Source: a virus (lineage: Duplodnaviria > Heunggongvirae > Uroviricota > Caudoviricetes). Taken from it: a DNA stretch of 64,000 bases. The notes under the pieces were generated by a model that did not search any database, was not told where the DNA came from, and worked only from the letters and a program-made list of their open reading frames with translations. The DNA is taken from IMG/VR virus record IMGVR_UViG_3300029590_000324; one strand, written 5' to 3'. Of this stretch, positions 31,837-41,617 are shown piece by piece (position 1 is the stretch's first letter; each line of letters starts with the position of its first letter). A program made the position numbers and the translations under genes.

Positions 31837-32466
31837 TCATTTGCTATTTTTTTTAATCATCCTGTCACGCTCTGCAATGCGTTCCTTCATTTCTTTCTCT
31901 AAAGCCTTTTCTTCGGCTTTAAGTCTTTCCTTTTCTCTCATTTTATCAAGATCTTTTTTCTTATACGGCAGCTTTTCTGCTTGGCACCAACGTCTGATGC
32001 CATTATCAGTCAAACCATACATATTAGAAATCTGAGTAATGTTATATTCCAACAACAATCTCTTAAGTTCCCTTCTGTTTGGACGATCTGTTTTACGCTG
32101 CGCTAAAGAGCTGCATTCAGAGCAGCAGAATTTAGCATCGGCTCTCTTAGGTTTAAACATTTGTCCACAATAAGCACAGGGAATTTCGGGACGATAAAAA
32201 TAGCTCGTGTAAACGTTAGGCTCATCGGTCTCAACCAAAGTGCCTCCCTGATGATATCTCGTATGAGCTTCTCGGGAAACAAACACGATTATATTATCTT
32301 CGCTGTTATTTAATCGATTCTGATCCTTGTGGTGAACTACTTCGCCCGGCTTCAAAGGTCTGCCAAGGATTTTCCTTGCCACAACTCTGTGTTCGGGGAC
32401 AAAGCCACGTTTATCAGCTTCAGGATCAGATGGTAAATAAATTGTGCGGTATCCTGAATATGACAT
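31837..32466 (-). CDS. Free-standing HNH endonuclease
   Basis: EHRVVA..ILGRPL...EVVHHKDQNRLNNSEDN, followed by a Zn finger and an HTH-like segment. Confidence 0.85.
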   Translation of the reverse strand: MSYSGYRTIYLPSDPEADKRGFVPEHRVVARKILGRPLKPGEVVHHKDQNRLNNSEDNIIVFVSREAHTRYHQGGTLVETDEPNVYTSYFYRPEIPCAYCGQMFKPKRADAKFCCSECSSLAQRKTDRPNRRELKRLLLEYNITQISNMYGLTDNGIRRWCQAEKLPYKKKDLDKMREKERLKAEEKALEKEMKERIAERDRMIKKNSK

Positions 32467-32562
32467 TTATAAATCTTCCTTTCATTCTGATATACTATTA
32501 TATATATTATTTTGCCACAAGGGCGAAGGCTTGTTCGGAGCACAAAGCCTCTGAAAGCTCAT

Positions 32563-32637
32563 TGGGGATGCGATCGGGATTCGAACCCGAGCCGACGCCG
32601 TGAAAGGGCACCATCTTAACCACTTGACCATCGCACC
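32563..32637 (-). tRNA. tRNA-Glu (UUC), 75 nt, CCA encoded
   Basis: GGTGCGA..GTC-AAGTGGTTAA-GAT..GTGCC-CTTTCAC-GGCGT..TCGGG-TTCGAAT-CCCGA-TCGCATC-C-CCA. Confidence 0.93.
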
Positions 32638-32671
32638 AAAATAGTGCGCCCCTATTGGGGCAGCACCATCG

Positions 32672-33040
32672 TTAATCTTCTTCTTCGTCTTTGTCATATA
32701 TTCCGGGGTTCATATCTCTCTTAAACTTCTGAGTGATACGGAACTTGACCCATCTTGTTTCGGGAAAAATATACTCAACTTTGTTACCATTTTCGTCGAG
32801 CATTACTCCGTTTCCGTCAAGACGAAACATTTTTCTGGGCGGCTTGATATAGGGCTCAAGCCAACCAAGCTTAATGAAATAAAGACCTCTGCCTTCAAGC
32901 AAAGTCTCTTTCATTATATTGACAAAGGAGTCATAAGCAATTCTACAATTAGCCTGAGTGAAGCCAGTATCATAAGACATCCTTTTTATAAATTCTGTCT
33001 TAGTGATCATTTCAGGCTGATTTTTCTTGGAAGACGACAT
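32672..33040 (-). CDS. HU/IHF-like DNA-binding protein (divergent)
   Basis: ITKTEFIKRMS..TGFTQ...LGWLEPYIKPPRKM...FPETRWVKFR. Confidence 0.7.
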   Translation of the reverse strand: MSSSKKNQPEMITKTEFIKRMSYDTGFTQANCRIAYDSFVNIMKETLLEGRGLYFIKLGWLEPYIKPPRKMFRLDGNGVMLDENGNKVEYIFPETRWVKFRITQKFKRDMNPGIYDKDEEED

Positions 33041-33055
33041 AATATCGCCCCCTTA

Positions 33056-33328
33056 TTACTTAAACGACTTCTTAAAAGTAGAACTGAACTTGAACTTGGG
33101 GACAGTATGAGCAGGGGAAACAAACTTTTCCTTGGTGCGGGGATTCTGTCTTTCACAAGCCTCTACGTCAGCAGTAGAGAAGGTGCCAAAGCCATAAAGC
33201 TTTACAGTGTCCTTCTTGTCCAGAGCTGAGATAATTGTGTCAACAACCGCATTAAGCGCAGTCTCAGCATCATTCTTTGTCATGTTAGCGTTTGCTGCGA
33301 TAGCAGCGATAAATTCCTTCTTAGTCAT
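33056..33328 (-). CDS. hup: DNA-binding protein HU
   Basis: MTKKEFIAAIA...GFGTFS...NPRTKE...PKFK. Confidence 0.92.
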   Translation of the reverse strand: MTKKEFIAAIAANANMTKNDAETALNAVVDTIISALDKKDTVKLYGFGTFSTADVEACERQNPRTKEKFVSPAHTVPKFKFSSTFKKSFK

Positions 33329-33342
33329 AATAATTTCTCCTT

Positions 33343-34632
33343 TTATTCTTTAATATTTGTGTATAGAACATCCGTAAGTCCATATTCTTTATCGAAAATA
33401 AAAGACTTACATTGTCTCTTTGAACGATATCCTTGCTCAGTAGTCCACGCTGATGGCGCACTGATAGTGGGCAATCTTTGAATTCTCATGTGATTGTTTT
33501 CATCGAGAACCATTTCACTATGTAGATGCTGTAAAAATACTTCAGTATTAGTTACACTGCTCCATACTTTTCTACACTCATCAGGGATGAGGGCAGGAAG
33601 CTTTTTAATATCAGCGTCATGTGCGAACACGAAAAGTGTCTTACCAAAAACACGATACTTACGAGGAGCAGGGGATATATCTACCGTTACTCTTTTGTCA
33701 TCCTTATACCAGGCATAGCAATATTGTGCAAGAGAATATCCAACAGTCTTGTCATGATTAGCATTCACCAAGACAACATCTACAGGTGCGATATTTGCAA
33801 GCATATCAATAGCTATAATAGTCATATCAAACAGCTTCTGCATCATATCAAAATAGCCACAGGCATTATCTTGCGGCGTTCCCTTAGTGGTTGTTCCGGC
33901 GAGATTATCAAAATTACTTTGATCTCCACCTATAGTAAATATAATCCTGCTAAGCTTGATATATTTCACACGAGACATCACATCTTTAATGACATAGTAA
34001 AATAGATTTTCAGCAATCTCGCAGTTATATTCGCTTCCGGTCTCAAGCATACTGGATCTGAGAGCAAAGTGAAGGTCAGATATGGGTAAAATAAGCAGAT
34101 TATCACCCGTTCCGTAATCTGATGATACTACGGGAATGGTAATATTACTGTATCTTCTATCTAAATCATCGAGCCACTGCTTCATGTCAGAGTCCATTAG
34201 TTCGGGGACTTTGGGCTTTACAGTTATCTTGCTTGAATATAGTGTCTTGTCTCCACTGTTCCATTTGCTGTTTTTAGCAGATGAAACATCAAAGAAACGT
34301 GGATCATAATTATGTAAGCGCAAAAGATAATCAACGTCACGAAGTTTACTTTCATCCTCAATATAGAATGTACGTTCGCTTGTTTCCGATCTGTCTGCGT
34401 TTATCGTAACGGTTTCCTTGGTGGATATAGTCGCAGCATTGGTTTTAGGCTTGATTTCCCAGCCACCGTTGATAAACTCATAGAAGAACTTTGCACCTTT
34501 ACGGGCACAGTCTCTGGTTTCGTTTATACCATATCTGGCTCTCATATCGGCAACATCCTGCCATTCAATATCCTCGTTGTGCTGCTTTTCGCAGAGAATA
34601 TTGTAAAGATCTATATAATACTGACTATCCAT
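33343..34632 (-). CDS. Metallophosphoesterase/nuclease
   Basis: ISDLH, GGD, NHD, FAH and HLH motifs. Confidence 0.8.
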   Translation of the reverse strand: MDSQYYIDLYNILCEKQHNEDIEWQDVADMRARYGINETRDCARKGAKFFYEFINGGWEIKPKTNAATISTKETVTINADRSETSERTFYIEDESKLRDVDYLLRLHNYDPRFFDVSSAKNSKWNSGDKTLYSSKITVKPKVPELMDSDMKQWLDDLDRRYSNITIPVVSSDYGTGDNLLILPISDLHFALRSSMLETGSEYNCEIAENLFYYVIKDVMSRVKYIKLSRIIFTIGGDQSNFDNLAGTTTKGTPQDNACGYFDMMQKLFDMTIIAIDMLANIAPVDVVLVNANHDKTVGYSLAQYCYAWYKDDKRVTVDISPAPRKYRVFGKTLFVFAHDADIKKLPALIPDECRKVWSSVTNTEVFLQHLHSEMVLDENNHMRIQRLPTISAPSAWTTEQGYRSKRQCKSFIFDKEYGLTDVLYTNIKE

Positions 34633-34633
34633 A

Positions 34634-35320
34634 TTACACGACCTCATCAATATCGCAGTCTTCGCCGATGATTGAATCTACAATACCAAGTGTTTTGGCT
34701 TCATCTGCAAAATAATAATTTTCAATTCTCTCTATCTCTTTCAGGTCTTTTATAGAAAACTTTGTTCTCGACACAACAAACTGCATCAAGCGCTCTTTAT
34801 ATTTTTGACCAAATCTCCAATAGTCATCAACCTTAGAAGGACTGCCATAATCTCCGTCTCTTCCTTCATGATTTAAAAAGAATGCGTTTTCAGAAGCATA
34901 TCTTTTGTGACACGAAATATAGATATAGAATCCCATGGACAGTGCATATGATGTACAAACACCAATTACGGGTGTCTTTGAATTTTTGATGCAGTCACAG
35001 ATTCCCATACCGTCCCACGTAGAACCTCCGGTAGATGATATGTATATGATGATTGGAGTTCTCTCTGTAACGGGTACGTCAATATCAAGTGCGTTATATC
35101 TCATGATATGATATGAAATATTGGCTCTGGTCTCAGGGGTGATTTCTCCATTGATAAAAAGTTTTCTATCCTCAATGTCCGACATAATAAACATTTCTTC
35201 GAGTCCATAATTGAAATTATTTGATGATGCACATTCAAGAACATTCATTTCACCACATTCGCAGCTCTTCTCTTCAGAAATTACCGCTTCAATATTGTCA
35301 GTCTGTTTATTCTCTGTCAT
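34634..35320 (-). CDS. ClpP-like protease
   Basis: YISSTGG, ALSMG (Ser), FLNH (His), ADEAKTLGIVD. Confidence 0.85.
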   Translation of the reverse strand: MTENKQTDNIEAVISEEKSCECGEMNVLECASSNNFNYGLEEMFIMSDIEDRKLFINGEITPETRANISYHIMRYNALDIDVPVTERTPIIIYISSTGGSTWDGMGICDCIKNSKTPVIGVCTSYALSMGFYIYISCHKRYASENAFFLNHEGRDGDYGSPSKVDDYWRFGQKYKERLMQFVVSRTKFSIKDLKEIERIENYYFADEAKTLGIVDSIIGEDCDIDEVV

Positions 35321-35323
35321 GCT

Positions 35324-35521
35324 TTAGCCCTCACGTATATTGCGATATTCTCTGATGAGTCCGAGATATCTGTTGCTTTCAGGACAATAATATGTCTTGC
35401 CGCTTATCTTACTTCCCTTTGCTCCATGTTTACGTTTCGAGCAGATGGTAATATAAGGGTCATGCACATACTTGCAGATAAATAAATATTCGTCTTTACT
35501 GATTTGTATCATTTTGTTCAT
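35324..35521 (-). CDS. Small basic hypothetical protein
   Basis: 65 aa (IQISKDEY...KTYYCPE) with AAGGA RBS. Confidence 0.6.
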   Translation of the reverse strand: MNKMIQISKDEYLFICKYVHDPYITICSKRKHGAKGSKISGKTYYCPESNRYLGLIREYRNIREG

Positions 35522-35676
35522 CCTTTTAATCGTATTTTAGGAAAAGTCTCGGTACCACCGAAGGCATAAATTCCTACTATATAAACAACAATCAAAAACG
35601 AAAGAAAAACACGCTCAAATAACGTATTATAGCCATTCGAGCGTGTTCAATTTACTATTACAAATCAACTTGAATA

Positions 35677-36429
35677 TCAAGCTTTATCTTGCAATTTGCG
35701 CATTCTTGTCTGTTCAATATTTACTTTCACACTACAGTTCTTACAGTATTTTGTGCGGGCATTCCCTTTACACTTTGTCAAGCGCCCACACTCTGCACAT
35801 CTGATATACTTATGCTTGCCTAAGTAATTCATGTATTCATGTCCAAGCTCCCTGAAATCAGATACTCTTATCGCCATATACGATTCTTCCTGAATATATA
35901 GAACCTGAATGTTTGTATTAGTAACTTTCATGCTGAACCCAATCAATCCGGCTTGATATAGACTATTTAACATTGCAGCTTGCTTTTTTATAGTGGCCGG
36001 CACAGCAGCAATTTTAAATATTTCATCATGGGAACGGCAAACCCAGCCATTGTTATTCATATTCCTCTTATCGCCGAATTTTGCAAGACACAACAACGTA
36101 AAAGCAAGTCTTTCAAGAGGAGGAGATTTAAGATTTTTTATAGTTTCCATTTCCGCCCTCGTAATAACGACATCGTTTATCTCTGTAAGAGGGTATTTAT
36201 CTGCCTTTTTCACTTTGTTCTGTAAGGCAGTCTCCCATAATTTCGAATCGTACTTAGGATAATTGTTTTGCATAAACTCATTCAGCTTATTGTATAATTT
36301 TTTCCCTGTGAGCTTTTCAACATTGTAATAGTATCTCGCAAGCAATGATAAGGTTTCAGAAGGCTTTTCGCCAACATTTCCCGTCTCAATAATTCTCTCT
36401 GCTTCTGTACGTTCATTAAGTATTATCAT
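35677..36429 (-). CDS. Hypothetical protein coupled to the RNA polymerase gene, C-terminal Zn finger
   Basis: Starts MIILNE, overlapping the RNAP end; LAFTLLCLAK; CAEC...CKNC. Confidence 0.7.
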   Translation of the reverse strand: MIILNERTEAERIIETGNVGEKPSETLSLLARYYYNVEKLTGKKLYNKLNEFMQNNYPKYDSKLWETALQNKVKKADKYPLTEINDVVITRAEMETIKNLKSPPLERLAFTLLCLAKFGDKRNMNNNGWVCRSHDEIFKIAAVPATIKKQAAMLNSLYQAGLIGFSMKVTNTNIQVLYIQEESYMAIRVSDFRELGHEYMNYLGKHKYIRCAECGRLTKCKGNARTKYCKNCSVKVNIEQTRMRKLQDKA

Positions 36430-39202
36430 TCTTTGTCTCCACCTTTGCCTTCCCGATGCTAAAACTTTCTCCACAATAAATAATCTCGCCGTCTTTATCT
36501 TTATATACATATGAAATTTCATTGTTATTTTTAGCAAGAAGATTATGAATAATCGTATCTACGCATATTTCCCATGCAAACTGTTTAGAATGTGAGGACT
36601 TGTAGCACATATCAAGGATAATATCACACAATTCGCATTCATTAGGGCAAATAGCTTGACATTCCCTCTTGAACTCATCCCTCATCACTAAAAATTGAAT
36701 AGATGTTTCTTCCTTATCTAATCTTTGCTGTTTCGATCTAATTTGAAAATCGACTGTTCTTTTTAAGTATTCGTCATACAGTTGTTTGATTTTTGTATAA
36801 TCGTATTTGCTATATTCTACGCCGCTTTTCATTATACTATAATCGAAATCAGACGATGACTTTACAGATGATATATATCCATCAAATTCCTGTTCTATTT
36901 TATGACAAATTTTATTCATCGTCGAACTATTATCACTTACGGGCAGTAACAAATAATACCAATGAAGAAAGTCGTTTTGCTCTTCTGTCTTCTCGGGCAG
37001 AACTTCTAACTCCGCAATATCCATCTGATAAAGCATTCTGCATTTTTGATTCGTGCTTTTTATATATTGATTGTATTCTGTCATCTGGTCCGGATATATA
37101 TAATTCGTGAAATACGGCTTTTTATTTGCACAGATAGAAGAGTTGAATTTCTTTTTCAATGTTTCTTCAGGTGTGCTATTATCTTTGACTTTGTTTTTGG
37201 ACATATTATACCAATAATCAGGCATAGGTTTGGAGATTATGCCTTTTGTACGATCTATACAATTCTGCTGGTATAACTGTCCACACATTATCCTATATTC
37301 CAGCGTCTTGTACTCTTCGCTATCTTTATCAAACAAAGGTAAGAGATCATACATAGCTGTTATGTGATTAGTTGTCGTACCTATTTCATCACCAAAGCTG
37401 TTTTGATTAGCTTCTACGAGTAATTCTTCGGTTATGATCTTTTTTTCTGCTTTTCTTTGAGCACACATTATTGCAGGTAAATCTCTTGTGTTCTCAAGAA
37501 GGACTTTATTATCTGTTGTTATCAATGCGTCTCCATCAAAGTCACACCCATTCAGCGCATGGCAGAACGAGTCGTGAGCATTTAACACGTTTACAACGTG
37601 CATATATTTATACCATCGACGTATTTCAGGATTGTCAGCTATCTTCATTCTTCTTATATTATTTGCCGCCGACATAGGTGCTCTAAAGCACACAATTTCT
37701 TTCACTCCGAGATCAGCCCAATACTCCGAATAGATTTCCCCAGCTTTTAACAATCCCAGCTTACTCTCATCTGTTTCAATACCGAATGTTTTTTGACATA
37801 AAGCAACAGGATCTCCCGAAATTGTCGCATAATTGCCATGTATTTTAAGTACGCCGATCTTAGCTTCATCTATTTTTTTCTTAAGCATATAATTAAGCCT
37901 GTTTATTACATAGTTGTCCTTAAGCATTCGAGGATCTATCATTATTGCCTTAGCGAAATCATTTTCGACAGAATTGATATTATCTGCAGTTAAGCCCATG
38001 CCTTTGAGAAATAAAATCGTCTTATTCACATCTCCGCTGATAACATCTTTAATTTCTGATACAGTAGGGGAGATAAGCTCTTCGATCTGTTTATCATTCA
38101 ACTCGTAGCTTTGAATAAATTGGTAATTAAGATTTCTTTCGTTTTCAAGCTTCTCGGGCAAAGCCTTAGTTACCGCAAATCCGTAATGATTAGCTGTGCT
38201 TTTTTCTATGTAATCATCTATACTCTTATATGAATCCCAAAGTTTAAGCATCGACGGGGTTGTTATCATTTCGACATCATCAAGATGATGTTCATTTCCC
38301 CATACATCTTTGATTATCTTGTTTCCACCATATTCTTCGCAAAAACTATGAAAATCAAAAGTAAACATCATTCCTTTGAAAAAGGCATTTCTTGTACAGA
38401 ACCCAGATACAAGATAATGCTCTCCCATTTCGGAGCTCCATTTTTCAGCTAAAGCGGGACAAATAAGTCCGTATCCATCATTAGTATTTAACTCCACTTC
38501 CTGCTCCGCAACAGTCATTACCGGCTCATTACTGTTACCATCATCAAGATTTATTACCCTTTCACGAAAATGAGTAAAAACATCATCTACCACAAGAATA
38601 CCTTTAGGCATCGAAACCGAAGTAGACGTACTGCATGAAAGTGATTTATAAGCCTCGAATTTTGCAGGAACCAGTTTGATACTAAGGTCTCTGTCGTTAT
38701 CAAGTCTACGGGCAAGCTCTTTATGTATTATTTTTCCTTGATTAGATATCTCGCTTGCATATATTATCGTAGATTTCTTTACACCATTGGTCGTTCCTAT
38801 CAATCTCTTATAAGACAATCCGTTAATCTTAAATCCTGTATTTAACTTTTTAAAATCTGACATCCTATCCATTATGACCGCAACATAATCAGGTTTAAAT
38901 TGAAGCCGATCCAACTCAGAATATAGTGCTTTTATGCGGCGTTTATTTGCCAGTGATTTGGGCATTTTTTGTATGCTTCGTATCTCACGCCGAATGGTTT
39001 TGATTTTTTCTTCTGTCGCCTGAACGTCAAGTCCGTTGATCTCATCGATGAAGCGCATGACTTCACGATCTCCCAGAGCAATTATTTCGTCATTACGTCT
39101 GGCGTCTTCCAGAGACAAAGTTAAGCTCTTACGAGGGGCAGATAATATCCTGCCACTACGTAGCTTAAAAATGTACTTCTGATATGTCTTTTGTTTTGAC
39201 AG
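36416..39202 (-). CDS. YonO-type single-subunit DNA-dependent RNA polymerase (RdRP-like fold)
   Basis: NDGYGLI, CTR...KGM, FRAP, and catalytic GCDFDGD; frame extends to a CTG at 39202 behind AGGAGG (928 aa). Confidence 0.9.
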   Translation of the reverse strand: MSKQKTYQKYIFKLRSGRILSAPRKSLTLSLEDARRNDEIIALGDREVMRFIDEINGLDVQATEEKIKTIRREIRSIQKMPKSLANKRRIKALYSELDRLQFKPDYVAVIMDRMSDFKKLNTGFKINGLSYKRLIGTTNGVKKSTIIYASEISNQGKIIHKELARRLDNDRDLSIKLVPAKFEAYKSLSCSTSTSVSMPKGILVVDDVFTHFRERVINLDDGNSNEPVMTVAEQEVELNTNDGYGLICPALAEKWSSEMGEHYLVSGFCTRNAFFKGMMFTFDFHSFCEEYGGNKIIKDVWGNEHHLDDVEMITTPSMLKLWDSYKSIDDYIEKSTANHYGFAVTKALPEKLENERNLNYQFIQSYELNDKQIEELISPTVSEIKDVISGDVNKTILFLKGMGLTADNINSVENDFAKAIMIDPRMLKDNYVINRLNYMLKKKIDEAKIGVLKIHGNYATISGDPVALCQKTFGIETDESKLGLLKAGEIYSEYWADLGVKEIVCFRAPMSAANNIRRMKIADNPEIRRWYKYMHVVNVLNAHDSFCHALNGCDFDGDALITTDNKVLLENTRDLPAIMCAQRKAEKKIITEELLVEANQNSFGDEIGTTTNHITAMYDLLPLFDKDSEEYKTLEYRIMCGQLYQQNCIDRTKGIISKPMPDYWYNMSKNKVKDNSTPEETLKKKFNSSICANKKPYFTNYIYPDQMTEYNQYIKSTNQKCRMLYQMDIAELEVLPEKTEEQNDFLHWYYLLLPVSDNSSTMNKICHKIEQEFDGYISSVKSSSDFDYSIMKSGVEYSKYDYTKIKQLYDEYLKRTVDFQIRSKQQRLDKEETSIQFLVMRDEFKRECQAICPNECELCDIILDMCYKSSHSKQFAWEICVDTIIHNLLAKNNNEISYVYKDKDGEIIYCGESFSIGKAKVETKNDNT

Positions 39203-39217
39203 AGAAATAACCTCCTT

Positions 39218-39439
39218 TTACCTTTTCCCTATACGAGCATATTTTTCACAATAGTATGCCCGAAGGTCTTCTGAACGAGTCCTTGCCAATATAGTCTTCC
39301 TTTTAGCAGAATATTTCTGATACTTACCACAAGCAGAATGACAATTATAACAGCGCTCAGAACAGTCTTTACATGGTGATGTTTCCAAGATGTTTATCTC
39401 CTTTCTAATATGTTCAGCAAGCCTTAATAAAGATCCCAT
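39218..39439 (-). CDS. Small Cys-rich protein
   Basis: PCKDCSERCYNCHSACGKY. Confidence 0.55.
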   Translation of the reverse strand: MGSLLRLAEHIRKEINILETSPCKDCSERCYNCHSACGKYQKYSAKRKTILARTRSEDLRAYYCEKYARIGKR

Positions 39440-40359
39440 CTATCCGGACAATCAAAATCATCTACAAACTGAATAGGATCCGGCGTAGGTTCTATATAAT
39501 CTTTTTTTTGCGTGAAGACTATTTTCAGTATTTTTACACGATTATAATCATGTCCTGCAAAGAAGATATTCGGATTGGCAAAGAACCTCATATCGGCTTT
39601 ATCATCTTCATAATTATAAAAATATCCTAAGAAACTTTGATTATAACCGTTCCAATCAAACTTAATGTCTCGATATTCTCTCATGAAACGAGCCGCATTA
39701 GTTCTGTCATATCCTACCAATTCACAAAAATCTCCAACGCTCATAGGGATTATTGCATCTTCATCTGTTTCTTCAGGGTTATAACAAATTACATTCCATT
39801 CACGATTTATGTAGGGAATAAGCTGAAATATATACCCAAGATATACGTGCTTGTTCTGGGGGACGGACAAATATAATTTTCTCAAATTATTTATGTAAAC
39901 ACGAACGTATCTCTGCTTCTTGTCAGACGAATCTATTGAAAGCTCTCCTCTGTAAAAATGGTCGGTATTAAGTCTGTAAAGCTTTTTCTCTTTGATCAAA
40001 TATCCTGCTGATACTACTTCAGCTAAAAATCTTTTAAATGTTGCCGGCTTTAACACCATTAAATTTTGCATCTTTTCTCGGGTTATATATTTTCCATTTG
40101 ATTTCAGGAACTTCCCATCATATTCTAAAAACGTTGAAAGATATACCAATCTGATTGCCGTCTGAGGAGACAAGTCCGTCATAGACTTATGAATATTAAA
40201 TAAATACATGACAAACTGCTCTTTTTTTGTCAGATATTTAAAACATTCTACCTGCTCATTGTTTTCAGCATATTGTTTTCTGACTTCTTTCTGTTCTTTG
40301 GTGATCAATGTTGCATCATCAAATATTTCTCCTGTGTTTGCATCTATATACGATCCTAT
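39424..40359 (-). CDS. Putative Rep/RepL-like winged-HTH protein
   Basis: N-terminal IDANTGEI (frame extends to ATA at 40359 behind GAGGAGG); two HTH-like segments ending YRLNT and FFANPNIF; direct repeats upstream. Confidence 0.5.
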   Translation of the reverse strand: MGSYIDANTGEIFDDATLITKEQKEVRKQYAENNEQVECFKYLTKKEQFVMYLFNIHKSMTDLSPQTAIRLVYLSTFLEYDGKFLKSNGKYITREKMQNLMVLKPATFKRFLAEVVSAGYLIKEKKLYRLNTDHFYRGELSIDSSDKKQRYVRVYINNLRKLYLSVPQNKHVYLGYIFQLIPYINREWNVICYNPEETDEDAIIPMSVGDFCELVGYDRTNAARFMREYRDIKFDWNGYNQSFLGYFYNYEDDKADMRFFANPNIFFAGHDYNRVKILKIVFTQKKDYIEPTPDPIQFVDDFDCPDRWDLY

Positions 40360-40394
40360 AAAAATCCCTCCTCAATAATCATGGACAGATTCAC

Positions 40395-40448
40395 CTCGTC
40401 AAATTTGAGCCTTTTTTGCCCGATTTCTCGTCAAATTTGAGCCTTTTT
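40395..40448. repeat. Two identical 22-bp direct repeats with a 32-bp period
   Basis: CTCGTCAAATTTGAGCCTTTTT at 40395-40416 and 40427-40448. Confidence 0.9.
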
Positions 40449-40687
40449 AAAATTGCGTTTTTGTTAGGCAGGAACAGGCAAAAAAGCACTTTTTTGAGGT
40501 GAAATTACATTGTTCTTTATACCTTACTTCATACGGTCAGCTACCACATCGGGATCACTTCCTCTCTTGTCGTTGGGGGAAAAAGAATCTTTAAGAGTCG
40601 GGACGTGGAAACGTCACGACCAGTGGAATGAACGTAAGTTCATTACACTGTTTTCCCACTGCAACTTGTTTTCTGTTGCAAAGTAGT

Positions 40688-41329
40688 TTACTCGCCACTG
40701 ATTTCATCAAACAACTTGGTCAGTCTTCTTGGCTTGTAGACTCTATTCTCAAGCTGCTTGTGATCTTCAGCCAACTTATTTACGTTACAGTTGTCATACA
40801 AGCTTTTCACAGCCATTATGCTATCTTTGATCTTACGTCTCTCCTGCAGTGTATCTCTCAGCATCTTATAGGCAGCATAAGCATCAGATACATTAAACTT
40901 GCTAAATTCAATCAGATGTTCTATGTCTGTTATTTCCTCGTTTATTTCAGATAGTCTTCCCTGAAGCTTTGATAAACATCCGTTCTTTCTTGCCTTTAGT
41001 TCAGCCATTTCATTAAACAATGTAAGATAATCAATCTCATCGTTATCAAATGTTTCTATGATATCAGTTGTTTCATTAAGCTCATGATCAACTGTTTGCT
41101 GTTTTGCCTTACTCTGAGTCTCTTCTTGTGGCTCATTATCTTCTGTAATATCCTGTCTTACAGACCACTGAGTGCTAATATTGTAGAATCTACGAGGTAA
41201 CGTTACAAGAGTCTGTCCTGCTCTCTGAGCAGTAGAATATCTTCTTGCCTTGGTAAGGTCTTCTGTTACAAACATATATCCATCAGATTTAGTGGCAATG
41301 TACTTATTGCCTGTGCCTATGTAATACAT
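40688..41329 (-). CDS. Coiled-coil hypothetical protein
   Basis: DIEHLIEF...RRKIKD...RVYKPR; 213 aa. Confidence 0.7.
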   Translation of the reverse strand: MYYIGTGNKYIATKSDGYMFVTEDLTKARRYSTAQRAGQTLVTLPRRFYNISTQWSVRQDITEDNEPQEETQSKAKQQTVDHELNETTDIIETFDNDEIDYLTLFNEMAELKARKNGCLSKLQGRLSEINEEITDIEHLIEFSKFNVSDAYAAYKMLRDTLQERRKIKDSIMAVKSLYDNCNVNKLAEDHKQLENRVYKPRRLTKLFDEISGE

Positions 41330-41350
41330 TTACTATTATCCTTTCTGTAC

Positions 41351-41611
41351 TTATATTTCATTCATCAGTTTTTCTATACATTCGCAGAAAAGCTCATATT
41401 TATCAGGACGAGCAAGAATAACTTCCTTCTTGGTTCTTGCGCCGCATCTTCTCATAAGCTGGCTCCAGCTCGCTTTAGTACCCATTGTTCCATAGACAAT
41501 ACTATATGTACGAATGCCATGTACGGCGTCAATATCCTTGAATGTCACAACACGCTGTCCTTTGTACTCCTTGATACCGATTAAAGTATCACATATTGTT
41601 ATCTCGTTCAT
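41351..41611 (-). CDS. Truncated ORF6N-type antirepressor-like protein
   Basis: IKEYKGQRVVTFKDIDAVHG resembles the ORF6N start, but the similarity stops abruptly. Confidence 0.5.
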   Translation of the reverse strand: MNEITICDTLIGIKEYKGQRVVTFKDIDAVHGIRTYSIVYGTMGTKASWSQLMRRCGARTKKEVILARPDKYELFCECIEKLMNEI

Positions 41612-41617
41612 TATTGT

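Noticed and set aside
32505..32562. Theta (HDV-like) ribozyme after tRNA-Glu
   Set aside because: Only two helices are visible; P3/L3 and the nested double pseudoknot are missing.
40395..40448. Mini CRISPR array
   Set aside because: Only two 22-bp copies with a 10-bp spacer; no cas genes in the window.
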